Positions 1-10,654 of a stretch of 50,738 nt of DNA are shown in pieces. The DNA is taken from assembly GCF_004010195.1 (NCBI RefSeq), contig NC_057718.1:8362191-8412928 (forward strand), written 5' to 3'. Numbering within the stretch: the first letter of the stretch is position 1; every line of letters begins with the position of its first letter. The notes under the pieces were generated by a model. It was not told the origin of the DNA, ran no database searches, and was given only the letters and a program-made list of their open reading frames with translations. The translations under genes were made by a program, and so were the position numbers. Origin of the DNA: Chiloscyllium plagiosum (taxonomy: Eukaryota).

Positions 1-400
1 AAACTCAAGGGTATACAAGCTCAGTCGCTCCAGTCTTTCAGTGTAAGGTAGTCCCGCCATTCCAGGAATTGACCTCGTGAACCTACGCTGCACTCCCTCA
101 ATAGCCAGAATGTCTTTCCTCAAATTTGGAGACCAGAACTGCACGCAGTACTCCAGGTGTGGTCTCACCAGGGTCCTGTACAGCTGCAGAAGCACCTCTT
201 TGCTTCTATACTCAATTCCTCTTGTTATGAAGGCCAGCATGCTATTAGCCTTCTTCACTATCTGCTGTACCTGCATGCTTGCCTTCATTGACTGGTGTAG
301 AAGAACACCCAGATCTCTCTGTACTACCCCTTTACCTAAATTGATTCCATTGAGGTAGTAATCTGCCTTCCTGTTCTTGCCACCAAAGTGGATAACCATA
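1..400 (-). mobile_element. CR1-type LINE fragment (RT C-terminal region)
   Basis: Reverse strand reads the typical CR1 ORF2 C-terminal text (LYRTLVRPHLEYCVQFWSP-like); degraded. Confidence 0.8.
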
Positions 401-450
401 CATCAGTAACCCCTGTTCTTATGTTTCTATACCATGAAGATGATAGTTGA

Positions 451-541
451 AAAATGTGGTGCTGGAAAACACAGCAGGCCAGGCAGCATCTGAGGAGCAG
501 GAGAATCGACGTTTCGGGCATAAGCCCTTCTTCAGGAATGA
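451..541 (-). mobile_element. Penelope-derived short insertion with minimal hammerhead core
   Basis: Reverse complement contains CTGAAGA-AGGGC-TTAT-GCCC-GAAACGTC (508-535); same sequence as the 3' tail of the coding Penelope at 24110-24186. Confidence 0.7.
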
Positions 542-583
542 AGAAGATACCCAAGACCAAATGAGCCATAAATAGCAGTGGTT

Positions 584-656
584 CCATTGGTGGAGTTTAA
601 TGGCAGAATTCTTGCCTGCCTCACTGGAGACCTGTGTTTGATTCCTGGCCAATGCA
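584..656 (+). pseudogene. Decayed tRNA-Gly(GCC) gene
   Basis: CCATTGGTGGAGTTTAATGGCAGAATTCTTGCCTGCC..GTTTGATTCCTGGCCAATGCA aligns end to end with vertebrate tRNA-Gly-GCC. Most changes are CpG transitions, the T-loop GTTCG has become GTTTG, there is no CCA, and TTTT follows at ~665. Confidence 0.75.
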
Positions 657-1565
657 TGGCATTCTTTTAGTTCTATTCTTGGGACGCTGTTGTGGTACAG
701 CAGTAGTTTATCTACCCCTGGACAGTCCTACCTGCTCCAGAGCGGTGTAATAACACCTTTGAATAGGTTGATTAGAAAAATAGCTAAATTAAAGCACACA
801 GACCAGTTACTGATCTGATCTTGAGAAGCATGCACCAGAATGAAAATGGCAGAACATTCATATTCTCCAGAAATGCAATGCATATTTATAAATTTAAGTG
901 GGCCAAATCAAACAGAGTTCAGCAAAGATTTCAAACCAACAACTTGTTACTGAGGTTGTTTCATGGAATAAACTGCAGGGAAACAAGTTTGCTAAGAGAT
1001 TACCAAAGACCTTCATGCAAACCTGATCCCTTTCAAACAATTCTTCATCAGGAAGTGGCAAAAACATAAGTTCTGATGAGACTCTCAGCTTGCTGGAAAT
1101 CAAGCTCCAGTATTCAGGAAGCATGACAAATGTTGAACAATTTAAATACATCAAAAGTCCCCAACTTACCTAACTGAAAAACTCAGGTTAAGTGAAAACA
1201 CTCTCAGGATTCAGTACTTAAAAAGAAAACAACTATTTATATAACGCAAACAAACTGTTTTTAACCGATGGCCAGACAGAAACATGGATTACTCACTCAC
1301 AAATCTCTACAATTTAAACTCCATCCATTGTTTAAAAACAATCCCATTAACACACAAAGACAAGACTCAATTATTATGGATGGGGAACAAACAAAAAAGT
1401 CAATGAAGCATAGCCCTGGCATCAGTCCCGATCGGAGACAACGAGACATTCTCCTTCAACTACCCTCTGATTTCCTTCAATACTTCGATGAAGACACTAG
1501 GTTTGGAAGAGACCGAGTCTCAATCTTTCATTTGCCAGTTAAGGATTTGCCCTTTCAGTATCTCA

Positions 1566-1885
1566 GAGGCAATGGCCTCGTGGTATTATCGCTGGACTCT
1601 TAATCCAGAGGACCAGGTAATGCTCTGAGCACCTGGGTTCAAATCCCGCCACGACAGATGGTGGAATTTAAATTCAATAAATATCTGGAATTGAGTCAAT
1701 GATGACCAGGAATCTGTTGTCGAGGGTTGGAGAAACGCATCTGGATCACTAATGTCCTTTAGGGAGGGAAACTGCCATCTGGCCTACATATGACTCCAGA
1801 CCCACTAAATGTCCTCTGGGCAATGAGGGATGGACAATAAATGCTAGCCTAGCCAGCCATGCCCTCATGAATAAATTTTTTAAAA
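1566..1885 (+). mobile_element. tRNA-derived SINE, family 2 (other copies ~14885-15230, ~17215-17520, ~35430-35760, ~44870-45130)
   Basis: A/B-box-like head (TGGCCTCGTGG..GGTTCAAATCCC), shared body across five copies, 3' tail GGGCAA..GGGATGG.CAATAAATGCT.GCCTAGCCAG. Confidence 0.75.
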
Positions 1886-3454
1886 AAGTGATTTCTCTCC
1901 TTTTCCTTTCAAGAGTGAATTTACAGTGAGAAGGAAGTAGCTAGCTGCTCATGATTTTCTTTTACTCCTGCACTCACAGAAGAGAGACATTTTCTCCGTC
2001 ACAGGTTGGATCTAGTGTATTGTCAAAACACAAAGCTGTAGCTATTTGCCAGGCAACCAATGTAGGAGTTGTTACTAGCTAAGTATAGGTCGTGGTTGAA
2101 AAATCAATAAAAAAATCTGCTACTGGGCAAAACTGCATGGAAACACCTTGGCCTTCTGCCCAACTGCTTAAATAAGGCAACCTTCTAAATATGACACACA
2201 ATCAGTTCCAGGAGTGAGCTTTTTGTTTAAACTGTAACATCTTTTTCCACTAACGCTCAGGTTAAAACAGTATTTCTTCCATTTTCAAGTCCATAGTCCA
2301 AAAATATAAAAGCGATCTTACAGTATCATTAAATCACATTGTCAGGGATGGTCATGGAGGAATGATTGAAAGTACAAAATCTGATCCAGAATAGAAACCT
2401 TACAATAGTATAATGGCCAAAATAATTCAATGAATGTAATGAACTCCACATTTTTCTCCAAAGACAATGAATTTTATAGGTTTTAAAACTCTTTGATTAC
2501 AGTTAAATCAAGTGTGCAATGATATTTTATGTATTAAATCATGTCATTTTCATCTATGATTTACTGGAGGCTTTTTTAAATTTAAAAATGGCGACTACTC
2601 ACACTTTGTTTTAATTCAGTATATAAATTAACTTTCTTTTTTTTGAAGTTTCAAAAGTCAGTTTACACATTGACATTTCATGCTTTCACAGTATCAACTA
2701 GAATCAAAGTGAATATAGATATTCTGGTTTCAGCAAGGGATTAGGGACAGGACCGGACCTAAATCAAAGAGTCTGTTTATAGCAGCAGCACAGTAGCATT
2801 GATGTTTCAATCTGCTTTTAATCCAGACACAAAAATTATCTGAAGACTTCAGCTGATACTCTATTACAGCAGCTAAGGAACATGAAATCGTTTTACATGA
2901 AATTTAGAATACTATACACTGCTAGTGTCATTAATGGTAATCATAAAATAAGCAGATTGTCACATAAACCAATCCGATTCAATAATGTCATTTTTGGAAG
3001 GATATCTGCTTTTGGCTTAGCAAGCCACGCAGTTGCACACAATAGTTCACCACCACCATCTCAAGAATAAACTACAGGGAGCAATAAAAGCCAGCCTTGT
3101 CTGCGACACCAACATCATAACGATTAGAAAATATTTGGACAAATACGTGTGAATAGGAAAGGTTTGGAGTGATAATGGGCAAAATGCAGGCAGGTGACAT
3201 TAGTATGGTTCGGGAACATGGTTGGCATGTACTAATTGGACCAAAGGATCTGCTTCTGTGCTATCTGACTCTGATATTGTGTGAATGAAATATTTTTAGA
3301 AAGTAGAGTCTGTTTTACAGTAAAAGGCCTATTTAATCAAAGCCAGTACCAGTGACTTTAATTATGCACAAAACCACAACCAAAACTCCTGATTTAAAAA
3401 AGCAGAGCAATTTCTCCCATAAAATGCAGTGAGAACACGATTTAATAAATCCAT

Positions 3455-3790
3455 TTGCCTCAGTGTCATAAGGTTGTGTGTTTAAGTTCCATGCCACAGC
3501 CTTGAACATATTAGCTCAACTGACAGTCCAATGTAGTGTTGAGCAAGTGCTACAGCAGCAATGGCATCATCTGCCCTTTCAGCTGGACATTAAAAAGCCC
3601 ACAGTACTGTTAAAGAGAGGGGAGCTCACCAAAGGATTTCATTAAGATATTGTTGTGGCTTGCGGGAGTTTGGTGCGAATAAATTGACAGCTGTGTTTTC
3701 TACATTATAACAGTGACTACTCTTTCAAAACATGCTTATTAGTCGCAAAGCACTTTGCAAATGGTGAAATGCCCTGCCTAAGCGCAAGTT
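3455..3790 (+). mobile_element. Old DeuSINE-like SINE remnant
   Basis: Degenerate match, from memory of the family, to a Deu-domain/SacSINE-type body and 3' tail (..AAAGCACTTTG..GTGAAATGCCCTGCCTAAGCGCAAGT). Confidence 0.5.
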
Positions 3791-3802
3791 TTATTTTCTC
3801 CT

Positions 3803-4015
3803 AAAAACCAAAGAACTGCGGATGCTGGAAATCAAAAACAAAATCAGAAATTGCTGGAAAAGCTCAGCATATCTGGCAGCATCTGTGGACAGAAAGTAGA
3901 GTTAACATTTTGGGTACAGCAACGTTCTGAAGAAGTGTCACCATACCTGAAACGTAAACTCTGATTTCTCTCCATAGATGCTGCCAAACCTGCTGAGTTT
4001 TTCCAGCTACTTCTA
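3803..4015. repeat. Palindromic Penelope-tail-derived insertion
   Basis: Arm GCTGGAAAAGCTCAGC..TGGCAGCATCTGTGGA..AGAGTT is inverted to AACTCTG..TCCATAGATGCTGCCA..GCTGAGTTTTTCCAGC; decayed CTGAAGA..GAAACGT core; TSD-like TTTATTTTCT(C/T)CTAA flanks. Confidence 0.6.
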
Positions 4016-5900
4016 GTTATATTTATTTTCTTCTAAGTCCATTTTGTTTGTGGATTCTGAATATGTCTCTTAACAAATATTTCTATTTGAAGAAAAAAAT
4101 GCACAGGGTCAGAAAATCAAATTGCTCAGCTCTCCCAGTTGTCTCCAAGACGTCCTGAATCATTATTTTCAAACTCGAGCAAGTTCCATTGAAAAACACA
4201 TACTTTCATTGCCATCTGGTGATAGATTTGTGTAATTACATATAACAAAAATACAGTACACCATCATGCCTGATAAAACATACAATGAAAAGGATACTAA
4301 TGTTAATTCCAATTCAACAATCTTTTCTTTTTGATCAATGTTTGCCAGGCCATGGTGAATCATGACCAATGGCTATAATGTCTCAGACAGAATTTGCAAC
4401 AAGATTTTTCAAGCTAATTAACATATTCAAAACTGCTTTGTGAACGCAGTTAGTGTTCCAAGGCTCTTGACAGAGAAATCAATGCAAAGCATCAAAGAGA
4501 AATCAGGAGCACTGAGAAAAAGCATAGTTCAGAAAGCATCAAAAAACAGAATTATGCACAGCAATGTGGAGAGATCCAGGGAGAGATTTGCAGATTGGAT
4601 ATGCAAACAATAAAACTACAAAAATATATAGCAAACTGTCCAATAGTCTGTAGGATTGCTAGTCTATTAATATACTATTTCCTTCCATGCTGAGATATTT
4701 TCCCCACCTTCTAATCCCTCTGAAAGTGAGAGGGCTAATGACATCTTGCCTCTTTATACATCATGGTCACACTCCTTAAAAACTGCTGCTGGAATAAAAT
4801 CAAGACTTTGGATGTCTCTCTTTTCCAAGGCCAGCTCTGTGCTGCAACCCAGAACTGGAATTTCCATAAACCTTAACCCAAAATGAGTCTCTGTTTCTGT
4901 CTCCCCGATTTCACATGTTCCCCATGAACCACCCCACAATCCTCAGCAACACTCTCCCTGACGATCAGAAGGAGGCACATATGGAAGTGAAACGGTCTTT
5001 CCCGAGGTGTGAAAAAGCAATCATTATGTCACTTTCTATTCTGTGTGGACCATAAGTTGTAACAGATGCTGTTTAATTCATTGACCCATTAGTCATTCTG
5101 CAACACAGTATATTGGTAAACCATTCGACACTGAGTTTGACACCAGTGATTCACAGTATGAGTCATTCTCCCCACCATTCATCACAGGCTATCTGCTACA
5201 GCACACTGCATTTCCACTCATTAACATGGCCTGCAATCCTTTGTAAACATGCACTGGGGATACATTGCACGTAATTAGAACTTCTAATCAGCTAGTGAAA
5301 GCTAGTGCAATTATTTGAATTCAAATTGTAATCTGAAAGTCTGAAGGGTAACTTTTTCATGTTTGTCTTGCTATTGGTAAACCCCCTTTTATCAGCAACA
5401 ATTGAGACTGGGGCTCGCCTGGTTCAGTGTAATGACCCCAGGCAAGGCAGGCTTAGGCTCCAATCTCCATCTAATTCAGTGAATACTGGAAATTTGAAAT
5501 AAAAGCAAAAAGCACTGGAAAATCTCAGCAGGTCTGGCATCGGTAGAGAGAGAGATAAGAGTTAACAAAAACAGAAATTGCTGGAAAACACTGGTCAGCG
5601 AGCATGTATGAAGAGAAGGCAGAGTTAACATTTCTGGTCCATTGACCTTTCTTCAGGCACTGATTTTGAGAGTATGACGTGATTCTCTGTTCCAAGGAAT
5701 GGGAGAAAGAGAGACCAGTGAATAGTGGCATTCACGTGCCTGCACAGTGTTATATATTCTGCTTGAATCTGTGTGGATCACTTTTTCACTACGACAACTA
5801 CAGCTCAACATTTGGATCAACAGTCGACATTGAAGAGCTTGGAAGAACCTTGCAGATACCAAGATTTGGAGGTGCCGGGGTTGGACTTGAGTGTATAATG

Positions 5901-6632
5901 TTGAAAATCACACAATGCCAGATTATAGTCCAACAGGTTTATTTGGAAGCACTAGCTTTCGGAGCTCTGCTCCTTCATCAGGTGGTTGTCGAGTATAAGA
6001 TTGTAAGTCACAGAATTTATGGCAAAAGTTTACAGTGTGATGTAACTGAAATTATATATCAAAAAAGACCTGGATTGTTTGTTAAGTCTCGCATCTTTTA
6101 GAATGAACAGGTTGGCTTCAGTTCTTTCATATGTAAATTGCAAAACCTTTTTGAAGTTACATTTTCAAGTGAACTTTAACAACTGATGTCATGTCAGCCC
6201 AGATAATGTATTTAAGGTATGACGTGCATCTGTAAATCCACTTTTTAGATTAGAATCAGTCTGACCATTGTGGCATAGACAGTCTCATACAGGGCACCTC
6301 ACACCTTAAATACATTATCTGGGCTGACATGACACCTATTGTTAAAGTTCACTTGAGAATGGAACTTTAAAAAAGTTCTGGGACTTACATATGAAAGAAT
6401 TGAAACCAGCATGGTCATTCTAAAAGATGAGAGACTTAAACAATCCATGTCTTTTTCAATATATAATTTCAGTTAAGAATCACACAACACTAGGTTATAG
6501 TCCAACAGGTTTAATTGGAGGCACTAGCTTTCAGAGCACTGCAGGTGGTTGATGATGAAGGAGCGGCACTCCGAAAGCTAGTGCTTCCAATTAAACCTGT
6601 TGGACTATAACCTGGTGTTGTGTGATTTTTAA
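5901..6632. repeat. Stacked inverted repeats of a Penelope-derived family with hammerhead cores
   Basis: ~190-bp arms 6042-6234 and 6288-6474 are reverse complements; second hairpin 6473-6632; hammerhead core on the minus strand at 5950-5984. Confidence 0.7.
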
Positions 6633-7067
6633 TCTCGCAGATACGACAAGCACCAGTTAAACAGGGATTCTTAAAATCCTACTCAGAATGATGCTCTTCA
6701 CGAAATGAATAATCAATTTTTTTTAAAACAATTTATATTTTCCTGTTTATATTCTTAATGCAATAGTAGTATTATTTAATTGTGTGCAATTAATTATGCT
6801 CAAATTGGGTTGCTGAGCTGAAATTATCACATAGGTTACATGTGTTACCCAACAAAGTAATGGGGATGAACAATGTGCATCAAAGCAAATCTATGGCTTC
6901 AGCCCAACTTCACACAGAATGTGAAGCAACCTATATATAAAATATGCCTCTATGACAGGTGCCAAGAACATAATTCTTACAGCTTATTTGCGCTGTCTAA
7001 TCCCTAGCAGTAAATATACCCCTGTTCAATTTGATATTATCAGAAGGACCACCTTTCAAATGAGATG

Positions 7068-7716
7068 TGTAAAAATATAGCTTACTTGTAAATTAGAAGG
7101 CTGGCTGCGAGTGTAAATGTTTTCGGCATTCGGAAGTCTGTGGTGATGCTGTTTAATGCGCGCAGAAGGGGGTCACGTGACGTTCCGTTTCGCACCCTGG
7201 AAGAGTGCGAGGCGGACACGTGACGTTCCGTTTCGCGCCCTGGAAGAGTGCGAGGCGGACACGTGACGTTCCGTTTCGCGCCCTGGAAGAGTGCGAGGAG
7301 GTCACATGATGCTCCGTTTCGTGGGTGAGGGGATCACGTGATGCTCCGTTTCGCGGGCAAAAGAAGGTCACGTGGGGTTGGACATCCGGGAATGCGAGGA
7401 GGCGGAGAATGGAGTCAAATCAACAGCCAAGCAGAAGATAATTCCACCTCAGTGATTGTATGACATTTTTTTATGGTATAAAAGACTGGCTCAGGGACAG
7501 GAATATGTCTTACTTTTTGAACTGGCACACTTTGTAGTTTGTCAGGGACAAAAAGGTTTAGACCCAGAGCTTGGAATGCTTTATCCGCTTACTGTTTAAA
7601 ATAAATTAAGAGTGTGAGACCGAATATCATCTCCTATTGCTTCATTTAAAAGAACACGCAGGACTTGGCTCACACATAGAAGAAAGTAAGTTGGTAGATT
7701 GAGCCAAAGTCCGTCA
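7068..7716 (+). repeat. 5' LTR (649 bp)
   Basis: Starts TGTAAAAATAT, ends GTCCGTCA; direct repeat of 13755-14384; TATAAAA 7477-7483; AATAAA 7600-7605. Confidence 0.95.
7171..7376 (+). promoter_or_regulatory. U3 enhancer tandem repeats (three 43-bp units plus 32-34 bp units) with E-box and E2F-like sites
   Basis: CACGTG/CACATG at 7174, 7217, 7260, 7303, 7335, 7369; TTTCGCGC or close variants in the units. Confidence 0.75.
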
Positions 7717-7719
7717 AAT

Positions 7720-7737
7720 TGGTGACCCCGACGTGAT
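7720..7737 (+). promoter_or_regulatory. Primer-binding site, tRNA-Trp
   Basis: TGGTGACCCCGACGTGAT, 3 nt after the 5' LTR; complementary to the 3' 18 nt of vertebrate tRNA-Trp (the same PBS as avian sarcoma/leukosis viruses). Confidence 0.92.
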
Positions 7738-8364
7738 GAAGACGGAGAAGTGACGGAAAAGAGAGAAAAATAGAAACAACGGACAACTGACGTCTGATTA
7801 CAACAACAAGCGGCGCCGCATAAAAAAGATGAGCAGACGCCTGTTTATATCGAAGTTCTGCAATTGGAAATACTAAATTGATTGTTGTCATTATACTGCA
7901 AGTGTCCTAGTAATAGTAAGTGGATAAAGTATTGATATAGTACGTACAGGTTTAAAGTCCCTTGGGGTTAGAGTCCCCATAAAAGCAACAAGGTACGTAA
8001 ATGTGAGGAGGTTTAAAGTCCATTGAGCAGGATCTCATAAAAGCAACGCTCACAAATTGTGGTGTGTGATTGTGTGGTATGTTTTAAAACTTATATTGGG
8101 GAATGTACGGAGGGTGGCAGAAAAGCCAGTAGTGTCTTGAAGACAGAGACGGTGGTGTTTCAGTGAGAGAGAGTTGGCAGTGGAAACCTAATGGTGACAA
8201 CGAAACTGCTGATAAATCTCGCTGAAAGGGTCAGTTGCTCGGGTGTACTCCATCCAAACTGACTACCCACCGGATTTGTCTCTGATTGGGCTGGTTGCTC
8301 GGTTATATTTATATCCAAAGCAACTGACTACTGGACGGGAGGATTAAAAACAAAAATACATAAA

Positions 8365-10211
8365 ATGGAAGGGGAGTTTGATAAAGAGTTTGAAGAATAC
8401 GGAGGATGGTCTTCCGATTTAATGTTGCCCGTAAAACAGCAGTGGGGTAAAGCCAGAAGTCAGTTAGTCAGTGGGCTTGCAAAGAACAAACAAAAAACAA
8501 CGATGGAGAAATATGATAAGATTTGGGAAGAATTACAAAAACAGGGCAAAGTCCCTAAAGATGAGGAGAGGAAGAAATTGTCACCGTTTTTAGGAAAAGC
8601 AGAAGAGCAAGCTAAATTAGAAGTTGAAGAGCACACGAAAGGGTCAATATTAGTTAGAAGAAAGTGGACAAAAGGCGGGGAGAAAGAGGAGAGGAGGATT
8701 TATCTGCACAACATGACGTTAGCCTGTATGGCGGCAGAAACATTACAAAAGAGAGTAGGTGGTATGTCTATAATAGAACTGACAAAGGAGACAAAAAATG
8801 CAGGACCATCTGTGCCATTATATCCTAAATTGCCTGTGGTACAATCACCGCCCCCATATCCGTAATACAAATGCCACTTATGCATGTTCAAGAAGGGGTG
8901 TTAGATGTGCAAGAAGTAGGAACAAGAGAGTACAACGTAGTAAAACAGAGACTGGCAGAAGCAGTAGAAGAAAGTATCAGAAAAGTAGAAAAACTAACAC
9001 TAGAAGCTGAACAGAGAGTTAAGGAAGCAGAGGAAGCAAGCAGGGTGATAGTGACACACAGCAGAAACAAAGAACAGCCAAAACAGGGGGGATATTCATC
9101 AGTGGAAGAGCCAGATGCTCATTCGACACCGTATAGTGCTGGGAATGAAAAGAGGGGAAGATTACATGATTCAGGTCAGTTATTGGATGATGGGTTCTTA
9201 GAGAGAAGGAGAGATTTGAGGGAAGAACGGGATAGAGAGAAATTGGATGGGGAGGAGTCTAAAAGTAGTATAGATATTGAGGACGAAAAATCCCTGACAG
9301 ACGATGATCCAAACACCTACCCAGTCACTTTGAAAGGCTCACTCACAATGCATACCGAACATGGCCCTCCACTGAAGCCCCTACCTGAACCAAGTTACAA
9401 CCTGTGTCAAAGAGACACATTACAACAACCTATAAAGTATCAGCACGACCAAATGCCATGAACTGCATCCTGGATAAAATGCCCCCACCCATGGAGGGAG
9501 GTGGGTCCTGGATGACTAAATTTTCCCAATATACACTAGGCCACAAATTAGCTATGGGCGACTGGAGAGCATTGTTGGGTAAGCAATTGAGTATGTGGGA
9601 AATACAGCAGATTGAAGCGTCTGCTGGGACCACCTTATTACCTGATTCGGACCCATTTGCGCAGGATGCCACCTGGGTGGGAAGGGCAATGAGGGATAGA
9701 TTTCCGATTCCACCGGGAGCGATGCACTCACTCACCTTCACAATGAAGGAGGGTGAGGATGTGCCTGCCTTTTGGCTAGGTGTAAGGGCACGTGGACAGA
9801 TACTGCGGGGAGCCATCCAGAGTCGGGTCAGCTACAGACCACGTTATTTAGGAATGCCGTTATGGCAGGGATGCCCAAGGAGGTAAAAGAGGCAATGGAG
9901 AGTAATCCTGATATCCCAGGTTGTTCTACAGAACAGTGGGAGAAACACTTGACGCACCACATGAAGCGTTACAGGACGAAACAGGATGAAGATAAACAGA
10001 GCAACGAGTCAGCTCAAGTGCAGTTGCTGAAGTTACAGCTCGATGAGGCTAGAAGGGAGGCCAAGGATTGATCAGAGGACAGTATGTCCGCTCAAGTCAG
10101 CCTCCTTTTCAACAGGTTCCTCAACTTTACCAAGCCCCAAATGTAGCTGCAGCCCCGGTGCAAGGACAGTACACCCAGACTATCCCGAAAGGGCAGGGGT
10201 ACGAATATTGA
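8365..10211 (+). pseudogene. gag: gag (frameshifted and deleted)
   Basis: ORF pieces 8365-8865, 8871-9461, ~9458-9780, 9772-10071 and a Q/P-rich tail ending at TGA 10209-10211; PLYPKL and PPPY motifs; capsid-like PPPMEGGGSW..F and LFRNAVMAGMP; no intact CCHC knuckle. Confidence 0.85.
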
Positions 10212-10600
10212 CGGGGCCTGAGAATCCAGGGGCATGTGGAGTTGGCAGACCCCTATATGCAAATGAGGGTAATGGACAAGAATCTGTCTTTTTTGGTTGA
10301 CACGGGTGCAAGATTTTCTACCATCACTTGTGATATACCTCGGTCAAATATATCATCCTCCAGCGTCCAGTTAGTAGGGTTCTTGGGTAAACCAAAAAAT
10401 CTGCCTTTGACATCGCCACTGATCACATCAGTGGCTGGACAGACCTTTTGTCACCAGTATATTTCATCACCTGCATGCCCTGTGAATCTGATGGGTCGTG
10501 ACTTGCTAGTGAGATGTGGGGTCTCGGTTTTGTGCGGACCCGACGGACTGGTAGTGACCTTTCCAAATGGCCAATCCGTTAACTGTTCTATGACAATGAT
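10212..10600 (+). pseudogene. pro: Retroviral aspartic protease
   Basis: LSFLVDTGARFSTI (DTG at 10299-10307) and CPVNLMGRDLL; in frame with the gag TGA. Confidence 0.9.
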
Positions 10601-10654
10601 TCACTCTGGATCCCAAATGATGCTATCACCAGACACATCACCCATGGCAGAAGG

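Noticed and set aside
2882..3070. ORF starting MKSFY..YTAS, superficially like the VTA1 internal MIKSFYTAS
   Set aside because: Wrong strand, interrupted match and no continuing similarity; chance resemblance.
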